Positions 25,754 through 37,732 are shown, numbered from the whole stretch's first letter. The stretch is 63,958 bases of DNA, filler included, from Octopus bimaculoides (GCF_001194135.2; 4 parts of 4 records of this genome joined end to end with filler, not necessarily neighbours in it); one strand, 5' to 3'. Notes: a model not told the origin generated them from the letters alone. A program made the numbers and translations.

Positions 25754-26327
25754 TATAAACATAATTAAAGGATCAGCAACAGTTGCTTCACCACATATCG
25801 AAGTTCAGAAATAGCAGCTAAAGTGCTAAAACTCCAACAGATAGCAATACTTGTAACTCACAAAGGCAAAACAAGAAGAAAAAACAACGAAACTAACCAG
25901 TCTTAGTTAATCATAGACGCGTTTCTGGATCAGAAAAGTGAAAACTTTTCATTTCCTCATCAGTATGATATTCTAGTTTGCAAATTTGAAGATGCTGACA
26001 ATTATACATGCTCGACCAAGCGACATCGTGCATCAACATAATATAAGCAGCACCTCCGAACTTACATAGGCCAGTCAGTCCTTATCCCTCCTCAAGAATT
26101 ACCATGTGCGTCACAAGCAATACCGCAGAAAATCTGCGGTTTACTATCAGGGAGTGAATGATTATTACAAATAAAAGGGTAAAGGATTATTAATTTATTA
26201 AAAAATTAATAATTAATAATTTTTACCAAGCACTTCGGTATGTAAACACCATTATCAGTAAAGAACTTATTTAAAAGTTCTTATAAATTTATAAACATAC
26301 TTAAGGGATCAGCAACAGTTGCTTCAC
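25754..26327 (-). mobile_element. ORF-less 536-bp unit bounded by 38-bp direct repeats and carrying an HHR (PLE pseudo-LTR or retrozyme-like)
   Basis: TATAAACATA(A/C)TTAA(A/G)GGATCAGCAACAGTTGCTTCAC at 25754-25791 and 26290-26327. An HHR lies at 25910-25969 and a second decayed core at 26228-26258. Confidence 0.65.
25904..25975 (-). ncRNA. Type I hammerhead ribozyme, near-canonical
   Basis: ATCATA-CTGATGA-GGA[aatGAAAAGttttcaCTTTTCtga]TCC-A-GAAAC-GC-GTC-TATGAT. Stem I is 6 bp, plus a 3x3 loop and 3 further bp; helix III is palindromic (ACGCGU); the site is GUC. There is one extra A before GAAA. Confidence 0.7.
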
Positions 26328-27124
26328 GGAAAGAGCTGTGTAGTGGATAATTTCAAGTGACATTTAGTACATAGAGATATCATATTGCATGTATATTTGT
26401 ATTCACGTGTATTGAGCTGTTGTGTCTTTATTTCATAGCACTGAAATAACTTTATTTTCATGTATATACTTTTGATATCTCATACACACGCACGGACACA
26501 TTCACACAACACATGCACTCATACTCACACATGCATACATACATATACTTGAGCACAATATGCATATGTGTGTGTGTATATTCATACACGCACACACACA
26601 CATGGATAAATACATGAATAGATAGATAGATAGATAAATAGATAGATGTAAATAGACGGCTAGACAAGAATAAAACTATATATACATATGCATATATGTG
26701 TGTATATGTATATATAAATGCAAACCTACGTATATGATATATATATGTATATATGTATATTTATATATATATATATATATATATNNNNNNNNNNNNNNNN
26801 NNNNNNNNNNNNNNNNNNNNNNNNNNNNNNNNNNNNNNNNNNNNNNNNNNNNNNNNNNNNNNNNNNNNNNNNNNNNNNNNNNNNNNNNNNNNNNNNNNNN
26901 NNNNNNNNNNNNNNNNNNNNNNNNNNNNNNNNNNNNNNNNNNNNNNNNNNNNNNNNNNNNNNNNNNNNNNNNNNNNNNNNNNNNNNNNNNNNNNNNNNNN
27001 NNNNNNNNNNNNNNNNNNNNNNNNNNNNNNNNNNNNNNNNNNNNNNNNNNNNNNNNNNNNNNNNNAATAAATACATGCATATATATAGATATATGTATTG
27101 CTAGATAGATAGACATGAATGTAA

Positions 27125-27173
<49 letters not shown>

Positions 27174-27441
27174 ATATATATATATATATATTTGTGTGTG
27201 TGTATATTTGTATATATTGATAGATAGACATGAATACAAGTGTAAATATATATATATGTGTGTGTGTGTGCGCGCGTGTGTGTATAAGATATATACTGAT
27301 GGATAAATAAACACGAATGCAAGTATAAATATATGAATGTGTGTGTGTATATATATAAATGTATGTATACATGTATATGTATGTGTATATATTTACATAT
27401 ATATACATATGTATACATACACAGACACATATAGATGTATG

Positions 27442-27476
<35 letters not shown>

Positions 27477-27692
27477 TCATGCATGTTTCAGCCCATTTTC
27501 GCTCTTTCTCATCTATCTTCATTGTTCATGTATATGTATCTTTGTTTGTATTTACATATGAATTTTGTGCTTAATTTATAATGTCGACACCCAGATTCCC
27601 AAGTGTGTCTGTGTTTTTAGAAAGAAAATATATTTGCTATTTACTCGCCTATACACACATGCAAACACACACACACACACACACATTAAGGA

Positions 27693-27731
<39 letters not shown>

Positions 27732-28507
27732 NNNNNNNNNNNNNNNNNNNNNNNNNNNNNNNNNNNNNNNNNNNNNNNNNNNNNNNNNNNNNNNNNNNNN
27801 NNNNNNNNNNNNNNNNNNNNNNNNNNNNNNNNNNNNNNNNNNNNNNNNNNNNNNNNNNNNNNNNNNNNNNNNNNNNNNNNNNNNNNNNNNNNNNNNNNNN
27901 NNNNNNNNNNNNNNNNNNNNNNNNNNNNNNNNNNNNNNNNNNNNNNNNNNNNNNNNNNNNNNNNNNNNNNNNNNNNNNNNNNNNNNNNNNNNNNNNNNNN
28001 NNNNNNNNNNNNNNNNNNNNNNNNNNNNNNNNNNNNNNNNNNNNNNNNNNNNNNNNNNNNNNNNNNNNNNNNNNNNNNNNNNNNNNNNNNNNNNNNNNNN
28101 NNNNNNNNNNNNNNNNNNNNNNNNNNNNNNNNNNNNNNNNNNNNNNNNNNNNNNNNNNNNNNNNNNNNNNNNNNNNNNNNNNNNNNNNNNNNNNNNNNNN
28201 NNNNNNNNNNNNNNNNNNNNNNNNNNNNNNNNNNNNNNNNNNNNNNNNNNNNNNNNNNNNNNNNNNNNNNNNNNNNNNNNNNNNNNNNNNNNNNNNNNNN
28301 NNNNNNNNNNNNNNNNNNNNNNNNNNNNNNNNNNNNNNNNNNNNNNNNNNNNNNNNNNNNNNNNNNNNNNNNNNNNNNNNNNNNNNNNNNNNNNNNNNNN
28401 NNNNNNNNNNNNNNNNNNNNNNNNNNNNNNNNNNNNNNNNNNNNNNNNNNNNNNNNNNNNNNNNNNNNNNNNNNNNNNNNNNNNNNNNNNNNNNNNNNNN
28501 NNNNNNN

Positions 28508-28540
<33 letters not shown>

Positions 28541-29947
28541 TATATATATATATATATAAACATATATATGTACATATATATATACACACATACATATATA
28601 TACATACACACATACACACACATATATATATATATATGCATGTTTATATGTATACACTGTTTGGATTAATGTTGGCTGTCTTTTTTTCTGATTTTGTACC
28701 TGCACATAACTGCACGTAAACGTCATATCTTTAAATATAGATGTATATTCAAAACCATATATCCAAGCATGAAAACGACTGTGATGATCTATTTCCGTTG
28801 AGATCAAAGTGCAAATGTATCCTTTATTAATTTTCCCTAACTAAAAGAAATTTGTCTTGTGATATTTGAAATTTAATCTATATTTAAACTCTACATCTTT
28901 CTGCATTGAAATAAATCAGTGGCAGAATCTCAAGATATGGTGGTCAAAATATCTGAATATTAATGTGAAAATATGTATATGATTTCGAATTGTTGTGTTG
29001 GAACTGAAATACACATACACACACACACACACGTAAACGCGTAGGCTCGCACACATTTATACACGCATATATATNNNNNNNNNNNNNNNNNNNNNNNNNN
29101 NNNNNNNNNNNNNNNNNNNNNNNNNNNNNNNNNNNNNNNNNNNNNNNNNNNNNNNNNNNNNNNNNNNNNNNNNNNNNNNNNNNNNNNNNNNNNNNNNNNN
29201 NNNNNNNNNNNNNNNNNNNNNNNNNNNNNNNNNNNNNNNNNNNNNNNNNNNNNNNNNNNNNNNNNNNNNNNNNNNNNNNNNNNNNNNNNNNNNNNNNNNN
29301 NNNNNNNNNNNNNNNNNNNNNNNNNNNNNNNNNNNNNNNNNNNNNNNNNNNNNNNNNNNNNNNNNNNNNNNNNNNNNNNNNNNNNNNNNNNNNNNNNNNN
29401 NNNNNNNNNNNNNNNNNNNNNNNNNNNNNNNNNNNNNNNNNNNNNNNNNNNNNNNNNNNNNNNNNNNNNNNNNNNNNNNNNNNNNNNNNNNNNNNNNNNN
29501 NNNNNNNNNNNNNNNNNNNNNNNNNNNNNNNNNNNNNNNNNNNNNNNNNNNNNNNNNNNNNNNNNNNNNNNNNNNNNNNNNNNNNNNNNNNNNNNNNNNN
29601 NNNNNNNNNNNNNNNNNNNNNNNNNNNNNNNNNNNNNNNNNNNNNNNNNNNNNNNNNNNNNNNNNNNNNNNNNNNNNNNNNNNNNNNNNNNNNNNNNNNN
29701 NNNNNNNNNNNNNNNNNNNNNNNNNNNNNNNNNNNNNNNNNNNNNNNNNNNNNATACATATTTTCACATTAATATTTAGAAATTTTGACCACCATGTCTT
29801 GTGGACACCTTGCCCGACTCTATATCAATACAAAACGTCGCAGATGTAAGGAAAAGCACAGAACTCGAGGATTACGAAAAAAACGTTTATGAGTACGGGT
29901 TACTTCCCCTTAAACAGAGGGATTTAATAAACATTAACAAAAACGGA

Positions 29948-30674
29948 TTAATGATCAAACGGGGAGATCCAATTTTCTAGTAAGTAGTGCTTGAAGTGGA
30001 GACATTTAGAAAATACTTCTTTATGGCTGTTTAATGCGCCATGCTTCTTAAAATCTTTAAGAATTTTGGCTTTCTCCGCAATACAGATCTTGCAACAGCT
30101 ACTTTTATTAATATACGGGCCCGGAAAATCAATTAATTTCTACTTGACATCACACGGGATCCCTTGGTTTTTGAAGTGCCACACATGGCGGGTCAGAGAA
30201 GTGATAACCCGTCTTTCTGGGATTCTGAATGATGACTGGTGGTTATGAAAACGTTTCTTTAACGAAGTACTCGCCGAACCAATATACATGTATTTATAAA
30301 CATGGGAGGTGGCTCTATTTGCACTCCTGGTAACATATGACTCGGGGTTGGTCATTCCATCGGTGTCGAAGATGAATGCTTGGTCATCATCTGAGGTGGC
30401 GGAACTGGGAATGACAGAAACCTCCTCCAATTCGTTGGTTCTGGATAGGTCACTGTTTCCAGGTGCGACGTTTGTACTGGTCACTCTATCTGTATCTATT
30501 AGTATCGGGACCTTCGGTGTCGCTCTCTGTGATGCTGGTCCCGGCTTTGTTATTATCTCTGGGCGTGGCAACTGGATTGGCGAGAAACGTGGTTAACCTG
30601 CTGTTCGATGTTACATTGAAGGTGTCATATATGAGGCTACGGTGATACTTAGACCTAATATCTGTAATAACAGT
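29948..30674 (-). mobile_element. PLE C-terminal GIY-YIG endonuclease (one nonsense codon; GIY half inverted)
   Basis: YMYIGSASTSLKKRFHNHQSSF...TSLTRHVWHFK...DVK*(TAG replacing the conserved W)KLID...Y...CCKICIAEKAKIL...LNSHKEVFSKCLHFKH...DH*. EGVIYEATV is read on the plus strand at 30618-30644. It resembles Hydra-clade PLE endonucleases (inference). Confidence 0.82.
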
Positions 30675-30705
30675 AATGTAACATCGAACAGCAGATTAAC
30701 CACGT
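30587..30705. repeat. 31-bp inverted repeat with a 57-bp spacer
   Basis: ACGTGGTTAA(C/T)CTGCTGTTCGATGTTACATT at 30587-30617 and its reverse complement at 30675-30705, with 1 mismatch. Confidence 0.95.
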
Positions 30706-31249
30706 CTTTTGTTTAATCCAACCACAGTAATAAAACCCGTCAACTTTATACTTTTAGATCTCTTGAGATCCACATCACTAACTTAAACAAGCATAATAAA
30801 CACACTGAGTTAATATCTGAACGTAAACATAAGACTTCCCAAACCCTTAGATATTTTATGCTGATACTCTTTCCAAATAGGTGATACTATTTCCAAATGG
30901 GTAAGAAAGAGGATTAATTCTACTAACAGCCCGTAAATTTCTTTAGGTTGCATTCTATAGACCATAATTCTAACTTTAATTATATTGAATTGAATGTCAC
31001 TTCTTAATATCTAAGTTGAAAAACTAGCATTAATAAAGCCTAGTAAGCAACTGTTTATGTCTTAATAACAAAACAACTTCAAAATTAATACAACGCTAAT
31101 TCACTCCCCACGTGTAAAATTAGTGCTTAATTCCCCTACCAAAATCACGACTTTAACCAATTTAAAATACCTTAAGATAATCCCACTTATAATTTAGTCT
31201 AACTATCCGGTTTAATGTATCTCAGTTATTTCACCATTTTCTCTCCTGA

Positions 31250-31750
31250 CTCCTTCTACAACTGATTTCCTATCAGTTGGCATACATTAAGAGAATTACT
31301 TCACTGATATCAAGACATACTCTACAACTTTAAATTTTCTCTCTTTTAAAATAAATCTTAACCCGCGACAAGCTATAAATAATTACCTAATCTTCACAAC
31401 TTGACACCACTTTATTTATTTCCTACCATCAACAAAGACCCTCAATCTGGACATTTTACCGAATAACTCTTAACATTAGCACTTGATCCCACTCGTGTAC
31501 AAGAGAGAAATTAAATTATTTACACCTTCAGACACCAATACAAATCTGGGGATATGTATGTACAACTTCTGGAGGATATATCATACAAATGTGAGGTTAA
31601 TAGAGATAAGAACCTATTCATACCTATTTACAGAATCTGTCACTGCACTATTTTTCCCCTCTCTCTTATTACTTCCACAACATTATACTTTAACGTTCTC
31701 ACTGTCGATCTTCTGATAACAATTTCAATCCGTGATGTTCCTTTTTGATT
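31250..31750 (+). mobile_element. Very decayed PLE RT N-terminal remnant
   Basis: NLTPLYLFPTINKDPQSG resembles P.FY.LPKIHK..PG, and LTVDLLITISIRD resembles motif A (L.T.DV.SLYT.IPHD). There are many stops. Confidence 0.3.
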
Positions 31751-32019
31751 TATTAATCCAGTCGAGGTTCAGTGTAATTAATAACCTTAGCATTTTAACT
31801 TAGCATTTGAATTTTTTTTTTTAAAAAGCAATTCATCTTCCACCCACTGAAAACTTGCAATTAAACACGCTCCATTATTAATTTAATATTAATGTCATAT
31901 AATTACATTAAACTCAAATCATTTACCACCCAAATCTATTTTCTTCTTTCAAATACATACATACATACATACATACTCACACACGCACACATACGTGCAT
32001 AAATACATACATGCATGAA

Positions 32020-33575
32020 TACATATGTGCCAAAATTTGAAACCAATATTTAAAAAATGTGATTTCTTTTTACATGTTCCATTTATCTAAATATTTTGGT
32101 GCACTCTAACTTCTAATAGTGTACTAACAGTAAACTGGGGGTAAATAATAGTTGATTGGCACTTATTTTATCGACCTAAGAAATATAAAAAGCAGAATTG
32201 ACCTTGGCGAGTTTCGAACTAAGTACAATAAAAAATTTTGGCTAAATACCGCAGTTCATTTTGTTCTAATGATTCTGCAAATCAACCGTGAATTTCTTGA
32301 ATATTGTTTGTTTCAAATATAGGCAGAAAGACAGTAATTTGGAATGGTGAGGGTCTAACTGATACCATCTAATACAGTAGTCGACAGCTATTTTATGTTA
32401 TCGACCCAGAAAGGAGGAAAGATAAAAATCGACTTCGGTGGGGTTTGAACATAGAACGTAAAAGCCCGGAACAAATATAGTGAAAATTTTTGTTCGATTC
32501 TCTAACTATACAGCAAATCTGCCACTACCTTCTTTAATATCGGTTTCAAATCTTGATACAAGGCCAGCATTTTCAGGGGATGGAGTAAGTCGATTACATC
32601 GACCCCAGTGCTCACCTGGTACTTGTTTTATCGACCTCCGAAAGAACGAAAGGCAAAGTCGACCTCAGCGGAATATGAACTCAGAACTTAAAGACGAACG
32701 AAATGCTGCTGAACATTTTGCCCGGCGTGCTAACGATTCTGCCAAGCTCGCCGCCTACTAAAAAGTAAAGACCCCCTTCAATCATGAATGGCCATAAGAC
32801 TGCACCTAGAAAGTTCCCTTCCGAGGCACAAGTCCGGGCAAGGTTGTTTATAGAAGACCAGCAGTCACCTATGCATACCAGCCTCCCCTTTCCATGCCAC
32901 CGATGTTATTCAAAGGAAAAGCAAAGGCCGATACACTTTGCACCTTTGACGTCGCAAGTCTTTTCTACAACTGAGTAAATTTCCAATTCACTCAGCTGTA
33001 GAAATAAAGTGAAATAAAGTGTCATGCTCAAGAACATATCACAGCTCGGTCCAGAAATCAAACACACTGCCTCATGATTGTGAGCCCGACTCTCTAACCA
33101 CTGAGTCACGTGCTTACTTCTATCTCTAATATTGGTTTCAAATTTTGGTACAAGGCCAGCAATTTCGGGAAAGTGGATAAGTCAATTACTTCGACCCCAG
33201 TGCTCTACTAGTACTTATTTTATCGACTCCGAAAGGATGAACAGCAAAGCCAACCTCGGTGGAATTTGAACTCAGAACGTAAAGGTAGACGAAATGCCGT
33301 TAAGCATTTAACTGTGTACTGATCAATCTGACAGTTCACCGCTTTCTCTACTTTCTTTAATATTCTTTTCTAATCTAGGCACAAGGCCCGAAAGTTTTGG
33401 GGAGGCGGGGGCCAGTTGATTAGATCGACCCCAGGACGCAACTTGTACTTAATTTATCGACCCCGAAAGGCAAAGTCGACCTCGGCGGAATTTGAACTCA
33501 GAACATAAAGACAGACGAAATACCGCTAAGCATATCGCGCCCGGCGTGCTAACGTTTCTGCCAGCTCTCCACCTT
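32020..33575 (-). mobile_element. Cluster of five co-oriented SINE-A copies with intercalated SINE fragments
   Basis: Copies at about 32020-32290, 32330-32520, 32540-32760, 33130-33345 and 33365-33575. Confidence 0.85.
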
Positions 33576-34821
33576 CTACTTTCTTTGATATTAAAAAAGA
33601 TTTTACTTGTTGATAGGAATGCATTATTGAACAAAAAGTGATTAGTATACCTGTTGTTGATCAATTAAAGGACAATAATCATTCAGCCATTAAACGCCGA
33701 GCTTGCTTATAAGCTGCAAAAACAAATTTAGATATATTCTTCTTCCCCACTTCCAGCATTCCAAAATCTTGTTCCGTGATTCTATTTCCGGTTTTAGTGG
33801 TAAAGCCCTAACTTCGTATTTATATCGCACCTAAATCCATTTGGATAAATCTGTTTATCAAACTATTTCTGTACAGAAATAATTCCAAACACAATTAAAA
33901 TGTTTTTTCTTTCCTCACTCAATTTTTTTCAGCCTAGTTTCTTCTATTTCTTTTTTAAACTTTATGTAGAAGGAAATCTCACTGTTTGAAGGAGACAGCT
34001 CTCATGTTTCAAACTGTGCACTAATATTCTAACAAATAGCTAGACCTGAATTTATTGAGGCGGTTCAGCTATTTTAACTGCACATCTACTATACGCACAA
34101 GTAAGCCAACATTTGGTGTGGGTAGGTTAAGGTCAAGATCGCTAACTTTCAAATTGATGTAGCTCACGTACTTAAAGCACAACCATCCACAATCATGTCA
34201 CATCAAATGAAGTAACTCCTGTCGCCATCATAGCTGGAATTTCATGTAAGGAATGACAAATTATCTTAATCAATGATTATAAAACTTTACTAGACTTACA
34301 AACACATTTTACAGAACGTGTATCGTAATGGAAAAAGAATTTTAAAAGCAGCATCTGGCAGAAGCAGAAAAAGTTTAATATGTTTTTTACTGAATTCTCT
34401 CAGATAAGAAACAGTCAGAATCAAGCAGACTGAAGAATTTTCGTGGAGTGGAAGAATTTCAGGTGATGATAAAGTAGGTTTAGTTTCATTTAGTAAATAA
34501 TTCTTTAAATTCAAGTTATTATTATTAATTGAAGATGCTTCCAGTCGCGAACATTTTATGTGAGAAAACATAAATTATTAGGTTTTGGTTATCATTTGAA
34601 AATACTAATAAAATTTATTCCCAGCATTAATTTTTTCCGTGAATTATTGATAGAAATGCAATATCTTCGCAAACTGACATTCTGGAAAAAAGTTATTATT
34701 TATGACAAAATCTACATACGTTATATGCTCTTAGTTGTTGCTTTAGATATATTACTAAGTAATAGTATAATATTAGGGTTATATATAAGTTCCGTAATGC
34801 TGTAAGGTAAGATTTGATATA

Positions 34822-35030
34822 CTCTTTTACTCTTTTACTTGTTTCAGTCATTTGATTGCGGCCATACTGGAGCACCGCCTTTATAGTCGACCAAATCACC
34901 CTCAGAGCTTATTCTTTGTAAGCCTAGTACTTATTCTATCGGTCTCTTTTGCCGAACCGCTAAGTTACTGGGACGTAAACACACCAGCATCGGTTGTCAA
35001 GCGATGCCGGGGGTAAGGGGGGGGGGACAA
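34822..35030 (-). mobile_element. SINE family B, 3' part
   Basis: Near-consensus match to the other B copies. Confidence 0.85.
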
Positions 35031-35449
35031 ACACACATATACACACACACACACATATATACATACATACATACATATNNNNNNNNNNNNNNNNNNNNNN
35101 NNNNNNNNNNNNNNNNNNNNNNTTAATTAATTAANNNNNNNNNNNNNNNNNNNNNNNNNNNNNNNNNNNNNNNNNNNNTATTATAAACTATAAAGATTAA
35201 TAATTAATCAAATAATATTAATCAAAAATAATCGAAAATATATCAACACTATTCCAATCGAAGTTCTAATATTATGTTGAAATGAAACTATAACTCCTAA
35301 ATAATATAGTGTTAAATAAGTTATCTATTAAAATAATCTATAAAGAACCAAATGAATAGTATAAAAACAAGAATACATATTATTTTCAAATAGTAGAAAA
35401 TCTTTAGCAAAGTGAAAACAGTACTTATCCAAATATTTCCGTAATATAC

Positions 35450-35870
35450 GATGGGCTCCATTCAGTTTCCGTCCACCAGATCCACTCACATGGCTTCGGC
35501 TGGCCTGAGGCTATAGCAGAAGACACTTACCCAAAGCACTATGCAGTAGGACTGAACACAGAACCATGAGGCTGGGAAGCAAACCTCTTAACATACAGTC
35601 ATACTTCTGCCTGCTTGGTGATACAAAAGCACAATAATAACAATACTAATAGTAAAATTTGTTTCAAATTTGGCACAAGGTCAGTAGTTTTGAAGACAGT
35701 GGGTAAGTCAATTACATTGATCCAGTACTTGACTGATACTTTATTTTATCAACCCCAGAGGGATGAAAAACAAAGTTGACCTCAACATGATTTGAACTCA
35801 AAAGGAAAAGAGTGAGAAATATTGTAAAACAATTTTTCCAATGCTCCAACAATTCTGCTAGCTTATCAAT
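35450..35870 (-). mobile_element. SINE-B 5' part (35450-35610) and SINE-A (35655-35870)
   Basis: Family motifs as above. Confidence 0.75.
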
Positions 35871-35984
35871 TTCTCAGAAATAATGTATATTTTTAATGCA
35901 AATAAAAACAATGTTGTAATTCATGTTGTTGTTGTTGTTCTAGTGCTTGTTTATTCAATCATTTTCTCCACCATCCATCCTTAG

Positions 35985-36065
35985 TATGTTTCTACTTCAA
36001 ATCCAACTGGGAGGAAATTAAACAAATATTGACAAGACCCACCAGAGATATTACTAATTCACTTT
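35985..36065 (+). CDS. Candidate 81-bp phase 1-1 coding exon, product unknown
   Basis: Pyrimidine-rich acceptor TTTTCTCCACCATCCATCCTTAG| and donor |GTAAGT. Only one frame is open: CFYFKSNWEEIKQILTRPTRDITNSL. Confidence 0.5.
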
Positions 36066-36444
36066 GTAAGTAATTCACTAAATTAAGAACACAGGTTATA
36101 GAATGCAATGGTTCTCCCAGCATGCAGCCATTTATGAGCATGGCTACATGCTGGGGTAGCCACATATCTCCTCTACAGCAAGACACCTGTCCCTTTATTA
36201 TATGTTAGCTTCTAAACACCTAACACTAAGCCACCACCTTCAATACTAACAACCCCTACACTCAGCTGAGGGGCCTGGTCTTAACTACTTCTGTTGTCTG
36301 CAAAAAAATCCCCAGTTCACTCTGATGATGATCTTTAAAGTACCGTTTGGATCTGATTGCACTCACACCAACCTACACCATCACCACCATTTAACAATAT
36401 CTTGCACCTTCCCACACCATCCCATAAGCATGTATATGTAAATA

Positions 36445-36635
36445 AAAGCACCCATGTGGTACCAGATAAAAACACCCAGTATACTCTGCAGAGTGGTTGG
36501 TGTTAGGAAGGTATCCAGCCATAGAAACCATGCCAAATCAGACAAGAGTCTGGTGCAGCTCCCCAGCTTACCAGCTCTGACTAAACTGTCCAACCTATTC
36601 CAGCATGGACAATGGACGTTAAATGATGATGAGGA
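36445..36635 (+). mobile_element. RTE-type LINE extreme 3' end with a (GAT)n tail
   Basis: GAGTGGTTGGTGTTAGGAAGG.ATCCAGC..TAGAAAC...CCAGCATGGA...CGTTAAATGATGATG. Confidence 0.75.
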
Positions 36636-36683
36636 GGATATATATGTATATATGTATATATGTGAAAATGTATATATGTATGA

Positions 36684-36724
<41 letters not shown>

Positions 36725-36770
36725 CTTCATTGTTATTAAAGCAGCAAAAACATCACAAAAATATCACAAT

Positions 36771-36814
36771 AAACTGCTACTCAGAGTTTCATATTCCCAT
36801 TTGTCAGACAGTTT
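36771..36814 (-). ncRNA. Type I hammerhead ribozyme (stem II intact, core G8>A)
   Basis: AAACTGT-CTGACAA-ATG-GGAA-TAT-GAAAC-TCTGA-GTA-GCAGTTT. Confidence 0.7.
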
Positions 36815-36831
36815 AGATTGAGACTCAGTCT

Positions 36832-36875
36832 AAACTGTCTGACGAACAGAAACATGAAACTCTGAGTAGCAGTTT
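36832..36875 (+). ncRNA. Type I hammerhead ribozyme (core intact, stem II weakened)
   Basis: AAACTGT-CTGACGA-ACAGAAACAT-GAAAC-TCTGA-GTA-GCAGTTT. Stem I is 7 bp (one G-U pair); predicted cleavage is after A36868. Confidence 0.75.
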
Positions 36876-37509
36876 ATTGTGATATTTTTGTGATGTTTTT
36901 GCACCTTTAATTATAATAAAGCTTATTACCCTACCTCCAGTATTCGAGTGCTATAATAATGTGTGTGTGTGTGTGTGCATTAATAGTCACAAACAAGAAA
37001 ACATACATATGTACACAAGCACATATATTGATATATACTCATCTGCTTATACATGCTCACACTCATCTACCTACACACACTCAGATCCACACACATACAC
37101 ATATACGCATATACACATGCTTGCATAGGTACATACAAGCATTCATAACATTCATAGCATATGTATTAGCATGCATTATCCTTCCCTTGGAAATATGAAA
37201 ATATAATAAAATGCCATACCTCTTTAAACATACAAACATACCATACATATCTATGTACATAACATATCACATACATTTTGATGTATGTACAGCTATATAG
37301 TTACACCATATGCCAAGTGGAACACAGCCACATGCACACGCGCGTGTGCATACACATATATACATAGAGGCACACATACACACACTATGCCTGTTCACAG
37401 CATACATGCATATACATACACTCACATACATACACACATACACAAAGACATACATACACACAACACACACATACACACACACACACACTACACCTGCTCA
37501 CAACACACA

Positions 37510-37562
<53 letters not shown>

Positions 37563-37683
37563 GATGTACCCCTGCTATTCTTACATGTCATATTCATGGA
37601 TGCAGGAAGTACGGTAAAGGTAGACTGATCCATGAAGCATGGAAGACATTTCTGACATATTTCAGAAACCTGATAGCAGCAGC

Positions 37684-37732
<49 letters not shown>

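Larger units (their letters stand above)
36735..36911. repeat. 177-bp near-perfect palindrome (88-bp arms, 1-nt centre at 36823) made of two opposed PLE-type HHR termini
   Basis: The arms 36735-36822 and 36824-36911 differ at 8 positions. Confidence 0.95.

Noticed and set aside
30720-31250. Mitochondrial insertion (numt)
   Set aside because: AT-rich, but no mitochondrial gene or tRNA motif was recognised.
34044-34473. Additional plus-strand mini-exons (34044-34100, 34404-34462/73)
   Set aside because: Weak acceptor or donor, the phases do not chain convincingly, and a scaffold join separates them from the 35985 exon.
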